From Phyllosticta citribraziliensis (Eukaryota), in contig NW_027117340.1 in the NCBI RefSeq assembly GCF_038025025.1, positions 1,860,001 through 1,924,000 of the forward strand: a DNA stretch of 64,000 nucleotides, written 5' to 3'. The notes below the pieces were generated by a model. That model was not told the origin of the DNA and did no database searches. It saw nothing but the letters and a program-made list of their open reading frames with translations. Shown piece by piece: positions 37,553 through 49,803 of the stretch (its first letter is position 1; each line of letters opens with the position of its first letter). A program made the translations under genes and the position numbers.

Positions 37553-40500
37553 ATGGCTTCCCCATCTCCTCCGCCTTCCGGAGGCTCTCAAGAACACCTA
37601 CCAATGCCCAATCCGTACTCGCAAGCGCAAGAGGCTATGGCTGCGGCAGATCCGGAAGACCGCCCACCCCACGCGCCCCATGCTAGCACTCCGGAAGCCG
37701 AGGAAGTGCTGGTGCATGCAAAAGGCGACAGACTTACGCCGTTAGTCATTCGCGCCTCTGCCAAAATTTCCACGAGCTCACTGTCTGCAGGTCCAACGAT
37801 CGTGGAGCTGTCGCGCGCGATTCTTCCAACACTGCAGCAACATCCGGGGGAGAAGAGCCACCGCCGCCATACAGCGAGACACTAGGAACCGTTTCAAACG
37901 AGCAAGAAGATTGGGGCACACAAGCAACCGTCGCCGGTGGGCAACATGTACCTCTTGTGTTGAGTATTTTGCTGACTGGGAGCGCAGATGATGGACGTGT
38001 CAATATCCGCATCGACCAGAGAAACCGGAGGCTGTCAAACCTGCTGGTCCCCGCACTTCGAAACCAAGCCGTCCTCGCCGCCAATGAGCCTTCGCCGCCG
38101 CCGTATATTCCACCTACGCTTGCGGGAGAGCGCGGAAGGAACCCCCCGCCTCCCATGAATGTTGTCATACACGTCGTGGGATCTCGAGGAGATGTGCAGC
38201 CGTTTGTGGCGTTGGGCAAAGTCCTCAAGGACGTATACAATCATAGAGTCAGATTGGCCACACATCCAGTCTTCAAGGGCTTTGTCGAAGAAAATGGCCT
38301 CGAATTCTTCAGCATCGGTGGTGACCCAGCCGAGCTCATGGCCTTCATGGTCAAGAATCCAGGTCTCATGCCCGGCATGGAAACGTTGAAAAACGGAGAC
38401 GTTGGCAAGAGGCGCAAGGGAATCGCTGAAATCATCGACGGCTGCTGGAGATCCTGCATCGAAGTCGGCGACGGCTTTGGGGTTGATGCTGTCGATGCAA
38501 CAGAGGCATGGGTGGCCAGCGGCGGCAACGATCCAGGCGTCTCATCAGCCGCGGGGAAACCGTTTGTTGCAGACGCAATAATTGCGAACCCTCCCAGTTT
38601 CGCTCACGTTCACTGTGCCGAGAAGCTTGGAATCCCGCTACATATGATGTTCACGTAAGAAAACCACGCTGGTTACCAGACACGCAACTGACCGTCTCTC
38701 TAGTATGCCGTGGTCCCCCACGCAAGCATTTCCTCATCCTCTGGCAAATATTCAGCGCTCGAATGCTGAGACTGGTGTCGCAAACTACATGTCATACGGC
38801 CTTGTAGATATTTTGACTTGGCAGGGGTTGGGCGACATCATCAACAAATTCCGGACGCGAACGCTCAACTTGGAATACCTTAGCACCTTTTCTGCCATGG
38901 GTTTGCTGGCACGCCTACACGTGCCATATACATACTGTTGGTCACCGGCCTTGATTCCAAAGCCCAAGGACTGGGGCCACCATATTTCAGTCGCCGGCTT
39001 CTTTTTCTTGTCCCTGGCATCAAATTACACCCCGGATCCAGACCTTGCAGCTTTTCTCGATGCCGGCCCTCCCCCAGTGTACATTGGGTTTGGAAGTATT
39101 GTCGTGGACGACCCGAACGCGATGACGACCATGATATTTGAAGCGATCAAGAAGCTTGGGATTAGAGCCCTTGTCAGCAAAGGCTGGGGTGGTCTTGGTG
39201 CCGACGAGCTGGGCATCCCGGAAGGAGTCTTCATGCTTGGAAACGTACCTCACGACTGGTTATTCAAGCGCGTCTCTTGTGTGGTGCACCACGGAGGCGC
39301 TGGCACTACTGCTGCCGGAATTGCCTGTGGAAAGCCCACCGTCGTTGTTCCATTTTTTGGAGAGTAAGTGATCCTATTACTTGAATTGAAACTATGCTAA
39401 CAACTCAGTCAACCATTCTGGGGCGCCATGGTAGCCAAAGCTGGTGCTGGGCCGATGCCCACTCCATACAAGAATCTTACTTCGGATAAGCTGGCCGAAT
39501 CCATTCAGGAAGCACTCAAGCCTAGTTCAAAAGATCGGGCAGAGGAACTGGCCGCCAAAATCAGCAAAGAAAGAGGCTGTGATGTTGGTGCCTCAAGATT
39601 TCACCAGCATCTTGACATCGAGTCTCTGAGATGCTCCATCCTTCCTAATCGAGTTGCTGTTTGGCGATTGAGGAAAACACAAGTCAGACTGTGCGCTCTA
39701 GCAGCCGTGGTCCTGGCAAACGAAGGCATCATCACTTTCGCAGATTTGAAGCTGTAAGTATAGACTGCCTTGATTGCGACCGAAACTCGCTAACACTTGC
39801 TCTAGGTATCGCCCCAACGAATTTGATCCCGAGTCAGGTCCCTGGGATCCTGTGACTGGTATCGCGGGTGCCGTAACAAGCACTGTAGCCAGCGTCATGA
39901 TGGGCGTGGCAGACATGCCCCTCAGCTCGATGAGGTCAGCTGCTTCGCATGGGAGTAAAAGCCGGTCTCACTCCCGCGCACCATCAACTTCAGCCACCTC
40001 TGACCCAAGGCGATCGCATCGAGAAGTCTTGGCCATTGAAAACGGCCCAAGCCATCGGAGGTCACTTTCTGCCTCGTCAAGAGTTTCAGACTCGAGCATT
40101 GCTAGCGTTGAGACTCCCCAAATATCAATCACTGATGAAAACGACGAACGCAGTTCTGTTTATACCAGCAGCAAGAGCACTGGTCCGGAGAAGAAGAAAA
40201 AGTCTGTTCGTCATGGTCTCCAGGCGTTGGTTGACCATTCCGCATTCCACGCACAAACAGAAAGAGGCGATTCACCGAGCGTGGGTAGCAGCGCTTCAGA
40301 CCCCAGGACCAGAACATCTGACTGCCAACAATTCACCGTCGACTCTGCGGTCCAAACTGGTCGTAGTGTTGGTAAAATTGCAGAGGCTGGTATGAAGGTT
40401 CCGATGGAAGTCATGATGGGGCTGTCCAAGGGCTTCCACAATATTCCCAGGCTGTACGGTGACCAACCTCGAAAGGTTGAGAAAGTCACCGGTTTCTCAA

Positions 40501-42256
40501 GCGGGCTGAAAGTCGCCGGGCGGGAGTTTGGCCAGGGATTGTATGAAGGCTTTACGGGCATACTCACAGAACCGTACAAGGGAGCCAAGGAAGATGGCGT
40601 CGGCGGGTTCGTCAAAGGAATTGGTAAAGGCATGGTTGGCATCGCCATGAAGCCACAAGCCGGTATGTAATTCTGACAGATCCCTCTAATCGACGCTGAC
40701 ATGATCTAGCTGCCTTTGCACTCCCTGCATACACTATGAAGGGCATCTACATGGAGGCACGCAAACACTCTGGCTCCAGTGTTCAAAATTACATCATTGC
40801 CGCTCGCATCGCGCAGGGCTGGGAAGACTACAACAACTCTTCGCCTGACCAGCGCGCTTACATTGTGGGAACGTACCGATTCGTCTCCTCCCACGCCCAG
40901 AAGAAGAAAAACTTTGGCGAACGCGAAAAGGAAGTCCTGAACAGCATCCACCAAAAGCGCAAAGCAAAGGCGCACGACCACCACCAGAAGATGATAAACC
41001 TCTTCTCCCGGCGCTCTACCATGCCAGCATCGACCTTTGACCGTGGTGAGATGAACGGCGAGAGCTCGCGTGCGTCGATCAGCCATTATCAATCAAATAA
41101 CCCTCGATCGCCATTGACCGCCGCGCCGTGGACCAATGAATCCCAGGCTTCGCTGTCCTCGCAATCGCAAGTTCCTCCAGACGGTCCTCCTGTCCATTCC
41201 TCTACCATGCCACCCAGCTCCCCGCGCACTGGTCCTGGAGCTGAGGAGCTAGGTGATAATGAGTGGGACGAAGACGCTCTCGCCGAGGCAATTCGCCAGT
41301 CTGTCGCCGAAACCTCGTCTGGCAACCCAGAGGAGGACGAGCTTGTCGAACGCGCCATCCGCGCCAGTCTAGCAGCGGGTGAGCAACGCTATCACCCAGA
41401 CGACGGCGCTGAAGACGATGAGCTGCGCCGTGCGCTTGCAGCCTCTTTAGCAGCGCACGAAGAGGAAGAGAGCGCAGAGCGCCAGCGCCACCAGGCGCAA
41501 GAGGTTGGCGTCGAAGGCAGTGCGGATGATGCTATGCACAAGCGTGAAATGGAAGAAGCTCTGCGGCGAAGCCTAGAGAATAATGCTGGGCCCACTACAG
41601 CTCTTGGAAACAACAGCAGCAGTCCTCTACCACCCATACAGACGCTGCCGCCGCTGCAGACGACAATCGACGACCAAGCACGCAACCAGTCTCTCGACTT
41701 GCCCGCAACGGCTCCGCCATCATATCAATATGCAGCCGGCGGTAGCAGCGGCGGTAACAACACCGCTACCACACCTAGTGCCTCGTCCTTCTGGCCTGAC
41801 GATTCTGACGACGACTTTGCCTCGACCGAATCTGGCCCGACGTACCAGCCCGTCACCACCACCACGCTTCCATATCGCGGCAACAACGACAGCACCAGTT
41901 CAATTGCCCACCCCGACGGCCACGGCGCTGCTACAGAGACAGGAGGACAGGAACAAAACAACACAATCGCAGACGGGGCAGATGACGAAAGCTCCGAAGA
42001 CGCCGAGCTCCGTCGCGCCATCGCGGCCTCGGAGCACGAGAGCCGCCAGCAGGAGGAGCAGCGGCGCAAGGACAGAGAGGAGGAAGATATTGTGCTCGAG
42101 TACGTCAAGCGGCAGAGCCTGGCGGAGCAGGAGTGGAGGGCCAGGCAGGGGACCAGCGGCGAAGGGAGTGGCAGTGCTGCGGACAGCGTCGCAGGCTCTT
42201 CTAGCGGTGCGGAGAGGAGTGGATCGACGGGCGGGGGGTCTTTCCGCGACGTGTAG
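37553..42256 (+). CDS. Family 1 glycosyltransferase (sterol 3-beta-glucosyltransferase-like) with C-terminal UIM-like repeats, 7 exons
   Basis: VGSRGDVQPFVALG, HRVRLATH, DAIIANPPSFAHVHCAEKLGIP, PPPVYIGFGSI, VPHDWLF, VVHHGGAGTTAAG, VPFFGDQPFWG. Introns 37741-37790, 37937-37987, 38655-38703, 39364-39408, 39754-39805 and 40663-40709. Confidence 0.9.
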
Positions 42257-43155
42257 AGGCGCTACTGGCGTGCGTTGTGATTTGGGTTTTGGGACGTGGA
42301 TGGGATGGGATGGGATGCTGCAATCAGCAAGGAAAGCACTTGATGCGATACCCCCTTTTTCCTTTATTTTTCCCGTTTTTCTTTTTAAAATATTGCCTGC
42401 CCTCCTCTATCTATTTCTTGGTCCAGATTTTCCCTCTCCTTCGTGCTCATGGTTCAAATAAAACAGACAAACAGGTTGGTTTGCTGGCTAGGGGCGGCTA
42501 TAGTATTCTGTCCAGAAAGAAAGTAGATAGACAGCGTCACGAAGAAACGAATGCTCCTTGTTCTTTCTCTGATGCTTCTTCAGCTTCTGCCTTGTGTCGT
42601 GGCAATTTACTGGTTTTGTGGGAAAGTACTTGTACTGTGCCCTGACCACGAATGCTCCCTGTTCGCTCCCTTTCTGACATGGAGTAGTGGCGCCCAAGAC
42701 CTACTCCACGGGAAACTTAAACTCTCTCCAGGACCACTCTCGAAGCATCCAAGAGCCTAACATATCCCCTGGACAACTTTAGTGCGCCTTGGATCATGTA
42801 CACACGTAAGGCAGCGCATGCGCAGATGCAGGGTTGACGAGTATATTCCTCCATTGGCAGCGAGGCAAAAACAGTATCTATTCGCGAGTCTATCCAATTC
42901 ATAGAAGCCACCCAATTTTGTATGGGTAGAACTAACCGCGCGAGGTCCGTCCAAGCTTGGTTTCTAAAAGCCATGTACCTGCCTGCCTTTGTTCTCTGAA
43001 TGATCTTGAATACTCCCTTGCTCCTGCATCAATCAACATGTTCCAGAAGATGAATGCTTCTTGTTCCATCTTCGCCTTCGCCCACGGGCGAGATATTCTA
43101 GTCCTTGTCGCCGCACGTCCAAACTTTTGCGCTGACCCCGCGCCTCTTAGCCCAC

Positions 43156-44803
43156 CTACCTGGCGTCCTCGCCCATAACGACGTCCTCGGCATTACTAAT
43201 GCCCACGCGCGCCTCCACCGCGCTGAAGTCCTCCTCGCGATCCACTGCCATGCTAGGCCTGCCACTGGGGCTGGGGCTAGCATTCGCACTCGCACTGCCG
43301 GCAGTCCTCAACCCGCCGACGACGCCGTCGGCGATGCGCTTCCTCTCCTCGCGCATCTTGAGCAGCACGCGCACGACGCGCTTGGCAATCTCCTTGCGCG
43401 CGTTGGCCTTGCCGTAGACGTTGGTGACCTGGCCGACGGGCTCGCCGGGCGCCGCCACCAGCGGGTCGTAGGGGAAGAAGGCCGCGCCGCTCCACATGGA
43501 CGGCACCCGCGGGTCGGGCGTTACGCGGAAGATGGGCTGCGCGATGCCGAGCGATACGCACAGCCTGTTGAGCTGCTCGCCGGGCGACAGGTCGGCTGGG
43601 AGCGGCGAGTTCAGGGGCGAGTTCGAGTTCGAAGAGCTCGATGAGGGCGGCGACGTGCCTGTGGCACCGCCAGTCGTTGTCGGTTCCGTTTTCGATTGTG
43701 CTGCTGATGTTGAAGGCGAAGGCGGCGCTCCTCCAGTTATCGCAATCGATGACGAGGGCGCGGGTCCATTCGGGTTCGAAGTGGAGGAGCTGGTGACGGA
43801 GACGATGGGGCCAGCCGAAGCAGCATGTACGGCGGCCATGGTTGTCGCGTTGGCGGCTGCTCGTACCTTCTTCTTACTTGGATGTCCTTTTTCGGGCATG
43901 TCGCCGCGAGCTCGCAGCCAGAGCACGGCTTGTGAAGCAGCATGGCGCTTGGCGCTCTTCTTGCTGTTGAAGAGGATATCGCGGTCGCCAAAGGGCTGGC
44001 CTGGGCGAGTGGCTATGGTGCATTCGACTGAAAAGTTGGACCCGTTGCGGAATTCTTGATACGAAGGCGCCGGTATGTCCACAGCACAGCAGTACTCTAA
44101 ATCCGGTGGTGTCAGATGGAATGAGAAAAACACGTCTATTATGGCAAGCACAAGTTGTAGATAGCATCGACATACCAGTCAGCAGACCAACCCAGTTATC
44201 ATCTACCGGAATGGACTCATCGCCCTGCGCCTGTACTGCGCTACCCTGAGCCAAGTCCTGACTGTCGGTGTCCTCGCGCTTCCTCTTTACTATTTGGGCA
44301 TTTCTCTCCCCCACCGCCTGCTCAAGCACGCCGCGTCCGCTCTCGCTGACAGCGGCCTTGGCCTCCTTCTTGTTGAAAAAAGGGCCCGGATCGCTCACCT
44401 CGTATCGCTTCTCCTGGCCGTCAAACATGCGCACCGTAAATGACAGCTTTACGCTCCATCCCTGACGGCCGAGAGGCAGGCCGGGCGCCTCAGTGTAGTC
44501 GTAGATGGGCTGTACGGCGGCCTTGAGGCATTCTTTGGTGAACTGTGCGACTGACTCGGACGACCAAGCGCGCCCGGCTTCAACGGGCTGCGGCTGTGAG
44601 TCGGCTGTAGCGTACGAGGATGGCGTCGAGGCGCGCGTGCGGGTCAACGAGGTATAGGGCTGCGGCAGCACCGGCGGCGACGTCAGTGGCATCGTATTGA
44701 GCTGTTCTTCAAAGTCGTCAATGTTTTGCGTGCTGTCGTCGAGAAGGCGGAGGCCAGGGACACGGCCTTGCGATGACTGCGAAGAGGGCGCTGATGTGGC
44801 CAT
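43156..44803 (-). CDS. Double-stranded RNA-binding domain protein (three dsRBM-like units), 2 exons
   Basis: ATG at 44803; intron 44175-44097. Three units end in NKKEAKAAVS, SKKSAKRHAASQAV and GKANARKEIAKRVV, each preceded by a helix-PxY/F pattern. Confidence 0.72.
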
Positions 44804-47800
44804 GGCGCTGGGTGGGCGGCGACTATGGCCGCTTTTGAGTCGAGGCACAAGGGAGGAGTGGGACTGAGGCGTGGTAGAGTGCCAATGGGCGAGATGTTGG
44901 ATGCGGCGTGGTGGAGCTCAAAGACGCGCTGAGGTTGGTTTGTCGTGATAGAGGACGCGTGAAGCGCCGGAACGAGCTCACGTGGCCAATCAAGCGCTTC
45001 ACTTTCCGGTGCCTGAAAATTGTCTGTGTTCTGCCGGGCACTTTCCATCCATCTCATCGACGAGATCTCCATCAACCAGCTCAGGCACATGTGCTAAACT
45101 CAGTCAACAGCTTACGCACGTGGCAACGCCCGCGACTCGTTTTCCCATCATGCTTCGCGAGGGCCGAAGTCGTGCCCAAAGAAGCGGCGCGAGACCTGGC
45201 AAAAGCAAGAGGACCTCGCGCGACAGGCGACGAGTCACTTCACCGCAAAGTTTCTTCTCCTGCACCATGATGCCATTACTGAGGAATCAAAAAGCATCAA
45301 AGTATCGCTGGGCGTCCTCGATTGTGCCTCGCAGGGGCATATTATGATTCCCTGGGTCTAGCTGCGGTGGTGAGGGGCAGCTTCTCGGGCACACTTGTGG
45401 TAGCAGACGAATGCTCCTTGGGCGTCACTGTAATGGCAGATGACTGCTAAACATCTGTTGATGTCGGCGCAGCACCAACAACTTACGCCTGCGACATGGC
45501 CATTGGTGTGCCAAACAGAATCCCGTCTTGATGGGAAGTAACGTCTTGTCAATGACGAAGCATACGTTGCATGCGCGCACCAACGCCGAGATCCAGTGCA
45601 TATACCGGAGTCTATCTCGGCTCTTAAGACTCCCTTTTTCGGCGTTCGCGAGCAGCAGCGATTGGATCTTGATCCGCACGCCTCGCATCGTCAACTCTGT
45701 TGCGCCCCACATTGCATACCAAGTAGATTCTGACGGGTTGCACGCCCAGTCAGACGAGCACGGAAAGCTATGCCAATGCGGTGTACGGTTGCTTTTCGAA
45801 ACTGCCCTAACCAACTCTTCCAGTCAGCAGCCTTCATCAGCACCCTCGCCATCAATCCGACATCGACAACGCGCCAGTTACGTCTAGGTAGTCAGGGCAA
45901 GACAGAAAACCACCAGGGTTGGCGAGCGACGGACCAGTATCCCTGATATCCCCCGACCCCATCATCCCAGACCCCTGTGTCAAGGCAAAGGAAATATCGC
46001 AGTTGGAGCGAGAAGAGGGTGGAGGACGGGAAATCCGGAGAGCTGCCCCGCGGCGGCTGGAGCCGGGGGTGGGCCTGCGCCGGTTGTGGAGCAAGGGCAC
46101 GACGGACGCGACGGCGATGCCCCCAGCGCCACCTGCTCGGTGCTGCTGGGTTCATGACTGATCTCGCAGCAGATGGATGGTCATGTGATGCGGGGATGCC
46201 GGGGGCCCTTGCTAGTTGGTAGATGTAGGAGAAGGGAAAGAAGACAGGAGTGGAGGAACAGTGGGTGTCGAAAGAGGTATTGCTCTAGCTCCAGGCGCAA
46301 ACGAGCGGTCAACACCACGTCAACGAAATGCAGGTTGGCAGATGGGCAGGCGCACGAAAGCGAAAGCGAGAAACTGACGACCCGGCGCACGGTACGAACA
46401 AGGCATGTACACAAAATGCATGAATGAAGAACCTCCCTATTGACACTGCAACGAGCAAACTAGAGAAGGACCACAACGCAACTGAAAGCAGAACCACGGC
46501 GACACTGGGTGGGGGTGACGATGGAGGCACGCAAATCGACATACCTGATCAACCCAGCTACCAACATCTTGATGCAACAAGCGGACCCATGACGCTCATG
46601 GCACAAGCTCAACAACCACCCGTCGCACAATCCCCTATCATACATGCTGATCGACGTCCGGGAGATGATGGCATTGCGGGGTGGATTCCGAGACGAAACG
46701 GTGCAATGTGGGAAGAGTCTTCGGGAGCGGACGATGATCCATTCTTCACTGCTGCCGAGACGAGCTAGAGAGGTAGGTTGGAGAAGTGAACGAAAGAGAT
46801 ATCAGGATAGTGCCGGAAACAATTCGACGATGGCAAATAGGAAGCAGTCGTTCGCTGCGCCAGTAGCAGACTGGGAGCATCCGTCATCTGTGCCGCAGAC
46901 GCATCAGGGGCCTCTCGTCGGCGCGCCAGGTGCCTGAGGAGCATTCGGCCGCCGCGCCGCCCTTGACCTCGATCTTTGTTTCGTCGACACTGGCAGTCAT
47001 GATGACGTGGAGAGCTCTGACTGTGTGCACGAGTAAGGTGGTATTTGTGTAGTTGTGGCTACTATCTACTATGTCTAGCCCTTGATTAATATACCATGCA
47101 TGCCTAGGTTCCACTTCTATTCACCGTATGTACAAGATTAGGGAAAGAAGTGTGTGCGGGATGGTATTATATGAAGAAATGTACAACGTTTGGTGTAGGA
47201 AGCCATCGCAAATGTAAGTGTATGCGATGGGGTTGGTGAGAAGTATTCAAGGCAACAAATTAAACAGAAGGGTGGCGAAACGCAGCAGATTAGAAATTAA
47301 CCAAGGGGTAGAGAGACATGACGCTGATACCGCTCGACGTTGCGTTGTAGGAGGACGGTGGCAGGTATTGACAAGATGGACCAAAGGCTTCTTTCTCGTC
47401 CGTCTGGCCCGCCATCCTGCGCTTCGTATGTTTGGCCCGGCCGACTATGGTAGTGCCGGGTAAAAGTGTCGAATGCTCCTTGTGTCTTACCAGCTCCGTC
47501 AGTGAGACGCCAGTGAGGGCTGAAGCAAGCTAAGCCGCAGCCAGAGCCCTTCGTGGCCAACCAACGTGGTTGAAAACGAAGGAAAGAAAAGGGCATGCTG
47601 TGTGAATGCCAATTCCAGTATTAGGGATTATGTGCTAGAGATTATGTGATGCGTGTGTTTGGGGGGGAAATGGGATAGAGAAGGGGTAGAAATGCGAGGT
47701 TTGATGCTGATGCAGATGCTCCTGGTCAGGCTATTGCCCTTCTATCGTCTACGCCGTATGCGATGCGATGTGGTGCAGATCTTATTATGCAGGGGAAATA

Positions 47801-48595
47801 AGTGACGGTGGTGTGGGTAAAGAAAGCAACACGGGTTTTGACGGAAGAAAAAAAGACGACCTTTCGCGCAGTCTCGACGAGGCCAACTCGACTACTGGAA
47901 TCAGACGCTCGTCTGTCCCAGATCGCGAAGTGCGCCCGGTTCCGTCTAGATGGGGCGGGGAGAAAGTTGACCCAGGAAGGGAGAGAAAGGGAGGGAAGGA
48001 ACCGCTCGCTCCCTTCCCGTCCGTAGCGCTGCAGGCAGGCATGGCTAGCGTCGTGGCGGCGTTGGTCCGTCGCTTCCACCAGTGCCTGCCCTCGTCCAAG
48101 GCTCAACACATTAGCAAGAGTTGTGCTTTGTGCGCAGTCAAGGAGCGTTCATCCGCTTGAACTGACAAGGAACTGATAGGGAGCATTCGAGCCCCCGGTT
48201 CGGAGAACCTCAGCATTGTGTGCCACCGATGGATGATGAAGCTGATCCCCTGCAACAATGACTCCGCACAAGGGAGAGAGACGCCAGTGTTGTTTCCGCC
48301 GTTGCAGTCGCCCTGGCTCCGCTCGCCTCACGTCGCCACCACACCAACAACCGACGCTTCGTCTTGACTCACTACCGCACTTGGCCTGTCCGCGCCCCGC
48401 CACCTGCCGCCCGGCTGCTAGGTTAGTCTCCGTCCGTTGCCCGCTGCTTTGTCGTCTTGTTTGTCATGCAACAATAACATCGATGTGGAGCCTGGCTGGT
48501 TGTCTGGCTGGATTTTGCCGAACGGGAACAGACACGGGAAAGGTACCCCTCCAGCGCCAATCCCAACAACCCGCTTATTAGAGACGGTTGCGCGA

Positions 48596-49034
48596 TCATA
48601 GATCGCCTCCCCTGGAGCCCCGGCCAATCACGCCTAGAATACCCATGGACGTCGGCAGGGCCATCGAGTCCGAGCCGGACCTTTGCACCGAATCCCTCTT
48701 TTCGTGACCCTTGACCTTGTCTGCGACCTGGTCGTTTCCCTCGCTCTTCAGGTCTGTCGTAGAGCGTGCGCCAGTACCGTTTCCGTTGGTAGCGGTCATG
48801 GCCGACGCGTTGCCGTTGCCAAGGGACATGCGGTGCAGGCTCTCGGCGAGGTCGTGTTGCGACAGGCTAGCCATGGTGATTGGTGATTGCGGAGTCGACA
48901 GGGACGTTGTCAATGCCGTGGCGGATGGAGGAAAAGGCAGCGCACAGTATCGCGCCATGGGCTGCATCGATGGCGGCGGGAACGACGGCGGCGGCGGCGG
49001 CGGTGGCGGCATTGCTGCCGCAGCCATGTACATG
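48596..49034 (-). CDS. Candidate alternative terminal exon of the NAM8-family gene (145 aa, Pro-rich/low complexity)
   Basis: Branch point GACTAAC at 49060-49054 and acceptor CAG at 49037-49035. The open frame MYMAAAAMPPPPPPPP...GGDL* is in phase with the reconstituted donor at 49858/49806. Confidence 0.55.
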
Positions 49035-49803
49035 CTGTCCCCAAAGTAAACGCGTTAGTCTCGAAGCCCTGGTGGTACGTACAACGCGCGGGAGTTTGAG
49101 CGAGCTCGGCGGGCGGAAACGACGTGGGATCAACCAGGCGGGGGAGGAGGGACGGAATCGACGACAGTCCGTACGGCACTGCACAATGATAGCACCCAAG
49201 AGCAACAGCACAGGCAAGGAGCAGCAAACAAGGCAAGCCGCATGCGAGAGCAAACACTGGTATAAAGCGCGCAATAATACACAAACGAATGCAAACCATA
49301 AGGAGAACCAATCGTTGCCGGGAAAACCATGAAACTAGCAAAGTTGCAATTTAGAGGAAAAGCAGCATGCTCTAAAAAGCATCCATCCCGGAACCAGTCG
49401 GAGCATAGGCTCGTCAGCAAAGGGGAATCGAAAAACTAGCTACAACCCGAGAAAACCTCCATGTCGTGTGGAGAAAATAATAGTGTTGTTCCCGCGAGGA
49501 CCGCAAGAAGATTAAGAGAGAGCAGCAGAAGAACCCCTGGCTAGGCCGTGTTGTACAGGATTTTCTCTAGACCTCGGTCGTGAAGAAGGGAAAGAGCAAC
49601 TTTTTGGTATTGGGGGAAAGGCATGAAAACCCGGAAAATTGACTGGAGACCGAACTTGATGATGATGAGAGTCGTGACGTGGCATGCATAAAGTGAGAAA
49701 ACCATGGACCAAGCCAACCGAGTTAAAGAGCCTTGAAAGACCTTTGAATGCACGACGTACGCGAACTCCCGCTGAACCCTCAAGAAATTGTAAGGAATTT
49801 AGC

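Noticed and set aside
46424..46768. 114-aa ATG ORF in the long intergenic region
   Set aside because: No motif or splice support; cannot be distinguished from chance.
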